A program made the position numbers and the translations under genes. DNA of 64,000 nucleotides from Verrucomicrobiota bacterium (lineage in GTDB: Bacteria > Verrucomicrobiota > Verrucomicrobiia > Limisphaerales > UBA11358), in NCBI GenBank assembly GCA_028872915.1, contig JAGWNY010000013.1, positions 3,550-67,549 on the forward strand, given 5' to 3'. Below are positions 29,021-37,077 of this stretch, piece by piece. Under the pieces are notes generated by a model. That model saw only the letters and a list, made by a program, of their open reading frames with translations. It ran no database searches and was not told the DNA's origin. Each line of letters opens with the position of its first letter. The stretch's first letter is position 1.

Positions 29021-31348
29021 TCAATAGGTAAAAGTGACGGCCAACAGGCCGCTGTAGGGGAAATCATTCGAGTCGCCCGCGAACCCGCTGAAACCCTGCA
29101 CCGGATTGGTATTGGCGCTGTAAATGTCCTCGTAACCGCGGCCGGGAATCAACACTCCAAAGCCCGCCGAAACGATAATATTGTCCGAGAGCAAGGGCCG
29201 GTATTGGAAGCCCAGGCTCAAGTCCCAGCCCACTTCGTCATGGATTTTTGCCGTGAACAGCGCCGTCTTGAGCGGGTCGGTTTCAGCGAACAAAATATAA
29301 TTCGCGTTGAGAAACGATGTCAGTTTCGGCGTCAGGTCAAATTCGCCGCCCAAGCCAAAAATATAGACGCCAGGATTCACAAAATTTGCCTGCCCCTCCG
29401 TCTTGCTGGTGCGCAGGTCCGGGAACAGGCTGTCCGGCGTCTTGAGGTTGATCAACGTACCCCCCAGATTAAACCCTTGTCGCGTCCAGAAACTGAACGG
29501 TCCGCCCGTAAAGTTCGGATTGTCCACAATCGAATCGAAACCCCGCGCCGTGCCGTCCTCCGCGTGGCTGTCGCCCGACGCATAAAAAAACGATGCCTTA
29601 TACCGCGCCCAATTCAAGTCATACGAAACCTCCAACGCCGCCATCTGCGCGTTGATGTCCACCGGCCGGCCGGCCAGTTCGTTGAAATGATCATGTCCGA
29701 ATGCCTCGTAAAATTGATGCGAAACGTTCACGCGGCCAATGTGCCCATCCCCGCCCCAGCCCAGGTAATACACCGTCACGTCATGCGGCTTGACTGATCC
29801 GAAAGGTTCCGGGCGGACCAGATCGCCATTCTGATCGTAGTGCGTGGCAGCGTGATCGAAATTCGCCAGCACGCTCCATTCCGCCGTGTATCCCGGCCAG
29901 ATAAAGTCCTGCCGGTAAAGATTCGCGATGAACACGTCCTGGCCGCGGCTGTCGAAGGTGTTGAGTTGCGAATCCGTGTTCTTCTCCCGCATGTCGAACG
30001 CCGCCAGATTATATTGGTAACGGTTGTCGTCCCAGTTCCCAAAGAGCCGGACGCCGAGATTAATGTCGTTGAATAAAAAACCCCGAAAATCCGCGTTGAA
30101 TGGCTGGTAACCCATGCGCAGCGACATGAAATCGTAATTGTCGGAGAGATCAAGCAGATGCACCTCCACGAAACCTTGTTGCAATGCCATGAAAGTCTTC
30201 GTGCGATCCACATGCGACGTGCCCCGATAACTGCCGGCCTGGCCGACCCCATTGTCGTTCAGGAACCCCGTTATGTCCGTCGGATTTGAAATGCCGCCGT
30301 TCCCCCCATAACCCGATGCTCCGCCGGCGCCCAGCGAACCCAGCGGCGAGGGCGACACCACCCCTGATTCCTCCGTTTGCAGATAGTTCACGTTAAAGAC
30401 CGGCTCCAGGTTTATCGCCCAGGTCACAGGCCGAAACGAGGTATCGCCCTGAAACAAGTCCGCGTCAAAGCCAAGATAATTTTGAACGCTGATTTCCTCG
30501 CCATCGCCATAAAAGTCATATTCGCCGGGCAACGCCCCGCTCACCCCGCTGGCCGTCGGCACCCGCCGGAATTCCGTCACCGTTTCCGCCGACGCCGTGA
30601 GGTCGAGGAAAATGTCCTGTCCGATGATGGGCGCGTCGCCTTTGAGCACGCTCTGCCGGTAAGGCGCCCAGGGCGCCGGACTCGGATTCTCGTAAGGCTG
30701 CTCGGTCACGCCGCTCGTGTAACGATGCCACGGCACAAATCCGATGCGCCAGCGGTTGGGCCGCGGCGCGGCGTTCGTTGGATAATCGCCCGGCTGCAAT
30801 GAATACTTCGGGTAGCCGAAGTTCGGATAAATTTTCAACTCGCGCTGCGTGTTCCATCGCGGCAGCTCCAGCCGGTTGGTCAGCGGCTCCATGTTATAAT
30901 CGCTCCGCGCCGGGGGCGGGGGCGGCTCCAATTTATCCAGTTGCACGTCCTGCCGCGGCAGCGCCAAGCCCGGCGGAATGGGCGGCGGCGTGAAAACCGC
31001 CGGCACAGGCGGCTCATGGAAGAGGGCTGTCGGCGCATTCGTGGGCGGACGCAAAAAAGCGCCCGGGTCCGGATCGAAAATTTCCGGCGACAGCGGCGGC
31101 GCACCCGTGCTGGCGATCACCCCTTCCCTCCAACGAAAATCCGTCTGTGGCGGTGCCGGCAATTCCAAGGTGTTCGGATCAGGATTGAAAACCGCGGGCG
31201 ACAACGGCGGCGTGTTTGTTGTAACCGCCTGATACGGTTTAAGGCGATTCGCATCATTCGTATCCGTAATCCCGCCGCCGTAATCCCGCAACGCACACAG
31301 CGACAAAACCGTCCCCGCCAGAATTGTAAGGAACAGCCTTGCTGACAT
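29021..31348 (-). CDS. Predicted outer-membrane beta-barrel protein with Pro-rich N-terminal extension
   Basis: 775 aa with a signal-like N-terminus (MSARLFLTILAGTVLSLCAL), then a ~160-aa Pro-rich region with a repeated PPLSPxxFxPDP motif. The following ~600 aa are rich in Gly/Asn/Asp/aromatics with an alternating beta-strand-like pattern. The C-terminus ...GLLAVTFTY ends in an aromatic residue, as in OM barrels. The stop lies 3 nt before the cytochrome ATG. Confidence 0.7.
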   Translation of the reverse strand: MSARLFLTILAGTVLSLCALRDYGGGITDTNDANRLKPYQAVTTNTPPLSPAVFNPDPNTLELPAPPQTDFRWREGVIASTGAPPLSPEIFDPDPGAFLRPPTNAPTALFHEPPVPAVFTPPPIPPGLALPRQDVQLDKLEPPPPPARSDYNMEPLTNRLELPRWNTQRELKIYPNFGYPKYSLQPGDYPTNAAPRPNRWRIGFVPWHRYTSGVTEQPYENPSPAPWAPYRQSVLKGDAPIIGQDIFLDLTASAETVTEFRRVPTASGVSGALPGEYDFYGDGEEISVQNYLGFDADLFQGDTSFRPVTWAINLEPVFNVNYLQTEESGVVSPSPLGSLGAGGASGYGGNGGISNPTDITGFLNDNGVGQAGSYRGTSHVDRTKTFMALQQGFVEVHLLDLSDNYDFMSLRMGYQPFNADFRGFLFNDINLGVRLFGNWDDNRYQYNLAAFDMREKNTDSQLNTFDSRGQDVFIANLYRQDFIWPGYTAEWSVLANFDHAATHYDQNGDLVRPEPFGSVKPHDVTVYYLGWGGDGHIGRVNVSHQFYEAFGHDHFNELAGRPVDINAQMAALEVSYDLNWARYKASFFYASGDSHAEDGTARGFDSIVDNPNFTGGPFSFWTRQGFNLGGTLINLKTPDSLFPDLRTSKTEGQANFVNPGVYIFGLGGEFDLTPKLTSFLNANYILFAETDPLKTALFTAKIHDEVGWDLSLGFQYRPLLSDNIIVSAGFGVLIPGRGYEDIYSANTNPVQGFSGFAGDSNDFPYSGLLAVTFTY

Positions 31349-31401
31349 CAGCGAATAAGAAATTGTTTATTTTCAAAAATCAACCCTTATCTTGATGCCC
31401 G

Positions 31402-32982
31402 GTGAAACGCATCGTGGGCATTTTATCCGTCGCCCTGTTGGCCGCCCGGCCCGCCGCCGCCCAACTCACGGTAGCCGATGTCCAAACCATCATCGCACAA
31501 GCCGTCAGCCGCGCCGTCGTCATCACCAACTCTCCCCTGGCCGCCAACGCCGTCATCGCGGTGACCGACCGTGAAGGCTGGGTCCTGGGTGTCTGGGCGC
31601 TCAACGCCGGCTCCTCCACCAACGACCCGCTTGTCGCCGACGCCCTCGCAAAGGCCGCCAGCGCCGCCTTCCTGAGCAGTGACAATAACGCTTTCTCGTC
31701 CCGAACCGCCGGTGACATCGTGCAACAGCATTTTCCGCCCGGCGTCGCCAACACCGCCCCCGGCCCGCTCGTGGGCGTGAATTTTTCAAGCCTCGCCTTT
31801 TCCGACATCAATAAATTGAAAGGACCGGGCAGCACGATCACCTACGGTCCGTCGCCTGGAACAAATCTGGTTCCCGTCCCCACTCCCATCACCGGCGGTC
31901 TTGCCGGCACGCCCGGCGGCCTGCCGCTTTACAAAAACGGCCTTCTCGTCGGCGCCATTGGCGTTGCCGGTGACGGCCTCCAACCCACCGACATTACTCC
32001 GCCTGTGATTGCCAATCCCGATGCCAATGAAGACGTCGCGCTGGCCGGGCAAGCCGGCTACCAGCCCTCCGACACCATTGTCGCATCGCATGTTTTGATT
32101 AACGGCATCCGGCTCGAATACATCGAAAGCACCACGCAGACCGGCGCCATGATTCCCTTTGCCAGCCTGCCCGGCACAAACGTTGCCCCGTATTCCCCCA
32201 TTGCCTCGCCGCCTCCCTTTCCGTATCCCGTCCTCATATTGGGCGGTGAAATCGGCCAATTGCGCCAGCCCATCGTTTCCGATCCGTCCACGGTTCCCCT
32301 GCCCAACGGTGTCGCCCGCCTCACCGCCGCCGAAGTCACCAATATCATCGCCGCCGCCGCCAATCGCGCCCGCACCACCCGCGCCGGCATTCGCCTGCCA
32401 CGCGGCCAGGTTGCCCAAATGTTCATTTCAGTCGTCAGCAATCCCAATTCAAACGGCGTGCCGCCCATCGTCCTGGGCACTTTCTGCACCTCAACCAACG
32501 CCACCCGCTTTAGTTGGGACGTCGCCGTGCAGAAAGCCCGCACCGTTCTGTTCTTCTCCGCCACCAATCGCGCCTTTTCCGCACGCACTGTCGGCTTTCT
32601 CTCCGAAAGCACCTATCCGCCCGGCATTGATGGGACCCAACCGGGCCTGTTTTTCGGAATGCAGGAGCGCTTTTCCATCATCACGCCCACCTCGATTCAG
32701 GCCACCAATCCCGTCAACGGCGCCGTCTTCACAACTTCCACCAACGTCAATCCCAACCTGCCCGACGGCATGACCATCTTTCCCGGTGGCTTTCCCCTTT
32801 ACCGCGACGGCGTCCTCGTGGGGGCCATCGGCGTTAGTGGCGACGGCGTGGACCAGGACGATCTTGTGGCCGCCAGTGGCGCCGCCGTCTTTCTGCCGCC
32901 CGTCCCCATTCGGGCCGATCAAATGCAATATCGCAACGTGCGCCTCCCCTTCGCCAAGTTCCCCCGCAACCCCGCCCTATGA
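31402..32982 (+). CDS. Secreted protein with two GlcG/HbpS-like (DUF336) domains
   Basis: GTG start and signal peptide MKRIVGILSVALLAARPAAAQ. There are two copies of the DUF336 core: GGLPLYKNGLLVGAIGVAGDG (~aa 170-190) and GGFPLYRDGVLVGAIGVSGDGVDQDDLVA (~aa 455-480). Each is preceded by an A.TDREG...G-like N-terminal half. Confidence 0.8.
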   Translation: MKRIVGILSVALLAARPAAAQLTVADVQTIIAQAVSRAVVITNSPLAANAVIAVTDREGWVLGVWALNAGSSTNDPLVADALAKAASAAFLSSDNNAFSSRTAGDIVQQHFPPGVANTAPGPLVGVNFSSLAFSDINKLKGPGSTITYGPSPGTNLVPVPTPITGGLAGTPGGLPLYKNGLLVGAIGVAGDGLQPTDITPPVIANPDANEDVALAGQAGYQPSDTIVASHVLINGIRLEYIESTTQTGAMIPFASLPGTNVAPYSPIASPPPFPYPVLILGGEIGQLRQPIVSDPSTVPLPNGVARLTAAEVTNIIAAAANRARTTRAGIRLPRGQVAQMFISVVSNPNSNGVPPIVLGTFCTSTNATRFSWDVAVQKARTVLFFSATNRAFSARTVGFLSESTYPPGIDGTQPGLFFGMQERFSIITPTSIQATNPVNGAVFTTSTNVNPNLPDGMTIFPGGFPLYRDGVLVGAIGVSGDGVDQDDLVAASGAAVFLPPVPIRADQMQYRNVRLPFAKFPRNPAL

Positions 32983-33032
32983 GTCATAAAGGGACCTGTC
33001 AAAATCCATCAAAATATGTCATCCTCTTTTGA

Positions 33033-35153
33033 TCATTTCGCCTCCATTTTCCAGATGCCGTTCCAATTTGCCGGCGGTTTGGCTGACAGTCCGGCGCAAC
33101 GGGAGGCGAGGATTTCGCTCGGTCCATCGGAAAATTCCTCCGCCACCTTTTCAAATTCCATCCGCCCCGCGGCGAATTTGCCGGCGGCGTATTCATCATA
33201 GACTGCCTTGTAACGCGCGCACAGCGCCGCGTAGTTTGGCGGTGAAGAGGGATTTTGGCGCTCGAACAATTCCACCGGTTCAGTCTTGCCCTTGACAATA
33301 ACCCGGTCCACCAGCCGGTGCTCCGCTTGCCTGCTGAATTGCCCAAATGTCTCCCCCGTCACCAGCAGCCGCACCCCGTAAAATTTTGTCAGCGACTCCA
33401 CCCGCGCCGCTTCGTTTACCGCGTCGCCGACAAGGCCGTAATCGAGCCGCAGCGCCGAGCCTTTGTTGCCGACCAGCACGCTGCCGCTGTGCAGCGCCAC
33501 CCCGTAGCCGAACCATTCCTGAATTTCCGCCGGCAGCCCGCCGCGCAAATCCTCCATCGCCCGAATCAATTTCATTGCCGCGCGCTCCGCCCGGTCGGCG
33601 GCGTCCGGTTGCTGTTGCGGCGCGCCCCAGTAGCTCAAAAACTGGTCGCCGAGAAAATGCTCCAGGTTTCCGTCCTCGCTCATGATCGCGCCGGTCTGCG
33701 CCTCGAACACGCGGTTGAGCAAATCGAACATGCCCTGCGGGCCGAGCCGCTCCGCCAGCGGCGTGGAATTTCGCAAATCGGTCAGCAGCAGCTGCACCTC
33801 CGCCCGGCGCGGCCGCATTGATCCGGGATCGGCGAGCACCGCGTCCAGCACGCGCGGCGAAAAATAGAGGCCCATCGTGTGCCGCAATTTCATCCGCTCC
33901 AGCCGCTCGGCGATAAAGTCGTAACCCAGCGCGCCCACGCCCGTGACGACCAGCACGACCAGCGGGCTGACCACGGGAGTGATGAGGTTCGCGTGGTTGA
34001 ACAAAAATTTCGCCGCCAGGCAAAGCGTCACGCCGGAGCCGAGAATCACCAGCAACCGTTTGACCGGCGCGCGCATCCATTGGCAGAGCGCGGCGGCAAA
34101 AATTCCGGCGAGCGCGACGATCGCCCCGCTCGCCGCCGGCGGCGTTTCATGGAGAAATTCACCGTGCAACGCGGCGTTGATGATTTGCAGGTGAATCTCC
34201 GGTCCGGACATCGCCCCGCGAAACGGCGTCTGATGCAGGTCTTGAAATAGAATCGCCGTCGGCCCAATCAGCGCCAGCTTGCCCGCGAAAAATTTTCCGT
34301 CCCCGAAATTTTTGTCCCAAATTTCCGGCGTCAGCACGTCGCCGACCGAAATCACAGGCCATGTTCCCGGAGGCCCGCTAAACCGGATGATGGGATGCGC
34401 GCCAACCGCCGGAATCCTTTCCGCCGCGCCGAATTTCTCCAAAGCCCGGGCCGTGAACGATTCCACCACCGCGCCCGGCGGCGCGTCCAGCACGTCGCCC
34501 AATTCATGGTTCGTCACCCGGAAACGCGCGCTGCGGAACACGCCGTCGCCGTCCGGCCAGATGTTGACGAAACCCACTCGCGGGTCCAGCGCCGCCGGAT
34601 GACCGGGCGTGTCGGGAATCAGGTCGCCGCACGGCGCCGTAAACTGGCGGGGAACGCCCCGGTCCGTCTCGCCGGCGTTGAACACGCCGCCGATGACGAC
34701 GCGGTTCGAATCAGCATCCAGCGCGGCCCGCAGTTCCTCGTCGCCCTCCGCTTTGGCCGCAAACACGAGATCAATCGCCACGGCCTTTGCATGGGCATCC
34801 ACGAGTTTTTCAACCAGCCGCGCCCACACCGCGCGCGACCAGGGAAAATTGCCCTGCAAATCCCGCAGCACCGGCTCGCCCTTCAGGTCGGCGGCGCTGA
34901 ACGCCGATGACCCGTAAACCGGCTGGTCAATGCCGATGATGACGAGGTTGGTGTTGGCCGGCGTCAGGCGCCCCGTCCGGGCGAAGAAATCCTGCACGTA
35001 ATTTTCCGCCGCTGCGAGCGGCGCGGCCAGCGGGGCCGGGCCGCGGAAATCCACCGCCAGCACGGCAAGCGTGACCAGCGCGCAAAAGCCGGCCATCACC
35101 GCCGCGCGGCGTTGAGGGACTGGTCCAGGCATGACGTTTGCCATGGTTGACAA
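33033..35153 (-). CDS. CHASE2-sensor adenylate/guanylate cyclase
   Basis: 706 aa. An N-terminal TM segment, a periplasmic CHASE2-like region (VIIGIDQ....W.R...A.L...L...A.AV..D..F), three TM helices, then a class-III cyclase domain (LLLTDLRNSTPLAERLG...FLGDQFLSYWGAP...GDAVNEAARVES). Confidence 0.85.
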   Translation of the reverse strand: MSTMANVMPGPVPQRRAAVMAGFCALVTLAVLAVDFRGPAPLAAPLAAAENYVQDFFARTGRLTPANTNLVIIGIDQPVYGSSAFSAADLKGEPVLRDLQGNFPWSRAVWARLVEKLVDAHAKAVAIDLVFAAKAEGDEELRAALDADSNRVVIGGVFNAGETDRGVPRQFTAPCGDLIPDTPGHPAALDPRVGFVNIWPDGDGVFRSARFRVTNHELGDVLDAPPGAVVESFTARALEKFGAAERIPAVGAHPIIRFSGPPGTWPVISVGDVLTPEIWDKNFGDGKFFAGKLALIGPTAILFQDLHQTPFRGAMSGPEIHLQIINAALHGEFLHETPPAASGAIVALAGIFAAALCQWMRAPVKRLLVILGSGVTLCLAAKFLFNHANLITPVVSPLVVLVVTGVGALGYDFIAERLERMKLRHTMGLYFSPRVLDAVLADPGSMRPRRAEVQLLLTDLRNSTPLAERLGPQGMFDLLNRVFEAQTGAIMSEDGNLEHFLGDQFLSYWGAPQQQPDAADRAERAAMKLIRAMEDLRGGLPAEIQEWFGYGVALHSGSVLVGNKGSALRLDYGLVGDAVNEAARVESLTKFYGVRLLVTGETFGQFSRQAEHRLVDRVIVKGKTEPVELFERQNPSSPPNYAALCARYKAVYDEYAAGKFAAGRMEFEKVAEEFSDGPSEILASRCAGLSAKPPANWNGIWKMEAK

Positions 35154-35202
35154 ATTTCCGCCGCAGGTGTAAAAACGCCGCCAAGATTAGCCGGAGTGTC
35201 GA

Positions 35203-36024
35203 ATGAAATCAATTTTTCTTGTCTTTGGACTGGCCCTGCTCGTCCGGTTTTCCGCCGGGGCGGCGCCGCTCGCCGAAAGCACCTTCACCGAGATCATCAA
35301 CGATGTCGCCACCGTCGCCGCCACCGGCGCCGCCAGCCCCGCCAAAGTCAAAGAGGTTCTCAAAGCGCCCCAGCGCGTCCGCACCGGTCCGGATTCCCGC
35401 GCGGAACTGGTCGCGCCCGACCAGACCATCACCCGCGTCGGCGCGAACACCATTTTTTCCTTCGCTGACAGCGGGCGCACGTTGAACCTCGAACAGGGCA
35501 ACCTTTTATTTCACGCGCCCAAGGGAATTGGCGGCGGCACGATCAAGACCGCCGGCGCCGCGGCGGCCGTCCTGGGCACCACGCTTATCGTATCGGCCAC
35601 GGCGGACGGCGGCTTCAAGGTGATTCTGCTCGAAGGCTCCGGCGCCGTGACGTTGCCCAATGGAACGTCCGCCACGCTCCACGCCGGCCAGCTTGTGTTC
35701 GTGCTGCCCGGCGGAACGCTCAGTCCCGTGCTGAATATCAACCTGGGCCGCCTTGTCGCCGGCTCGGCCCTCGTCAACGGGTTTCCAGACCAATTAACCT
35801 CGCTGTCTCTCATCAATATCGCCATTCTTCAGCAAAACAAGCTGTTCAAATCCGGCGAGGCAACGGACACCGGCCTGCCGCCGGACGTTTTTATTATTCC
35901 CCCATTCCCCGGCAACGGATGGAACGCCATTGACCATGGCGCTTATCAAACGCGCGTGCCGCCGCCAACGCCGCCGCTTCCACCCACGCAATTCCCGCCG
36001 AACTCTTTCAAGGGTCCCCCGTAG
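35203..36024 (+). CDS. Secreted FecR-domain protein
   Basis: Signal peptide MKSIFLVFGLALLVRFSAGAA. FecR-type core VRTGPDSRAELVAPDQTITRVGANTIFSF...LNLEQGNLLFHAPKG...TAGAAAAVLGTTLIV. Pro-rich C-terminal tail. Confidence 0.8.
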   Translation: MKSIFLVFGLALLVRFSAGAAPLAESTFTEIINDVATVAATGAASPAKVKEVLKAPQRVRTGPDSRAELVAPDQTITRVGANTIFSFADSGRTLNLEQGNLLFHAPKGIGGGTIKTAGAAAAVLGTTLIVSATADGGFKVILLEGSGAVTLPNGTSATLHAGQLVFVLPGGTLSPVLNINLGRLVAGSALVNGFPDQLTSLSLINIAILQQNKLFKSGEATDTGLPPDVFIIPPFPGNGWNAIDHGAYQTRVPPPTPPLPPTQFPPNSFKGPP

Positions 36025-36035
36025 AAATTCATGCC

Positions 36036-37058
36036 ATGCGAACCCCGATTTGTCTTCTGGTAGTTGCCGCGGCCCTCTTCATTTTGCCAGCCGCGCCCGC
36101 TCAACTGCCCGCCACCCCGGCCAGCCGCCAGGTCGAAACGTTTCAGCAACGCAACGAATTTCAACCCGCCTTCTTTGCCACAAACGTTCCCGCGCTTTAC
36201 CCCGGCGAAACCAGCGACGTCGGCCCGCAATCCGTTGTGGAAATCAAGCCGCGCCGCACCTGGATTGAAGCCTATGCCGACGAGCAGTATTTTTACACGG
36301 ACAACGTCCTTCTGGCCGATCATAACAAGCAAGGCGCCAATGTGCTTGTCAGCACCATCCAGGCGGCCGTCGCGCCAACCCCCTTCGCCGTCTGCGGCGG
36401 CCAACTCGCGCCGCGCCTGGGCTTCCAGCAGCAATGGTTCAATTTTGGGCTGGCCGATTCCGGCACGGTGACGGTGATCAATCCCCTCACCGGCACGCCC
36501 CAAAACGTCAACTTGAACACCTTCGACTTCAGCGTCTCCACCGTTTTCGCCGACCTGACTTGGCGGCGCAATAACTGGCTGCTCACCCTCGGAGCCGATG
36601 CCCGCTGGCTGCTCGACTCCGGCAATTACAACCAATTCTACCGCGAATTCGTTCCACGCTGGACGATTGAGCGTGAATTTCCCCTCACCCAAAAGACCGG
36701 CCTTGCCATCGGCTACGACGGCGATTATCGCGACACCCAAACCCAGTCGCCCCCGGCGGGCGTCGGCGAGAACTATAACGATCGCACCGACCACAGCCTC
36801 TATGTCGTCGGCAGTTGGCGGCTGTGCCGTTACGCCGTCCTGCAGCCGTTTTACCGCTTTGAATACTCCCACTACACTCGCGTCAGCCGCGACGATTTCC
36901 TCAATTCCTTCGGCCTCGCGTTGTACTGCCCCGTCACGAAAAATGTCACGCTGCGCGCCTTCGTTGGCTACGACAACCTGAACACGGACGGCCAGTTCGC
37001 CCAAAACTATGAAATGCTCGATGCCGGCGGCGGGCTGAACCTGTTTATCCGGTTCTGA
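36036..37058 (+). CDS. Predicted outer-membrane beta-barrel protein
   Basis: Signal peptide MRTPICLLVVAAALFILPAAPAQ. Alternating aromatic/polar pattern, many Y/F/W-Gly-Asp/Asn turns, and a terminal ...GGGLNLFIRF ending in Phe. Starts 12 nt after the FecR gene. Confidence 0.6.
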   Translation: MRTPICLLVVAAALFILPAAPAQLPATPASRQVETFQQRNEFQPAFFATNVPALYPGETSDVGPQSVVEIKPRRTWIEAYADEQYFYTDNVLLADHNKQGANVLVSTIQAAVAPTPFAVCGGQLAPRLGFQQQWFNFGLADSGTVTVINPLTGTPQNVNLNTFDFSVSTVFADLTWRRNNWLLTLGADARWLLDSGNYNQFYREFVPRWTIEREFPLTQKTGLAIGYDGDYRDTQTQSPPAGVGENYNDRTDHSLYVVGSWRLCRYAVLQPFYRFEYSHYTRVSRDDFLNSFGLALYCPVTKNVTLRAFVGYDNLNTDGQFAQNYEMLDAGGGLNLFIRF

Positions 37059-37077
37059 AGTTCCGGGCGGCAGCCAC

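Noticed and set aside
25358-29797. Long plus-strand ORFs (25358-26728, 26867-27925, 28517-29797) opposite the cytochrome and barrel genes
   Set aside because: Their products are Arg/His/Pro-rich nonsense-like sequence. The minus-strand products carry ten CXXCH motifs and LVIVD repeats, so the minus strand is the coding strand.
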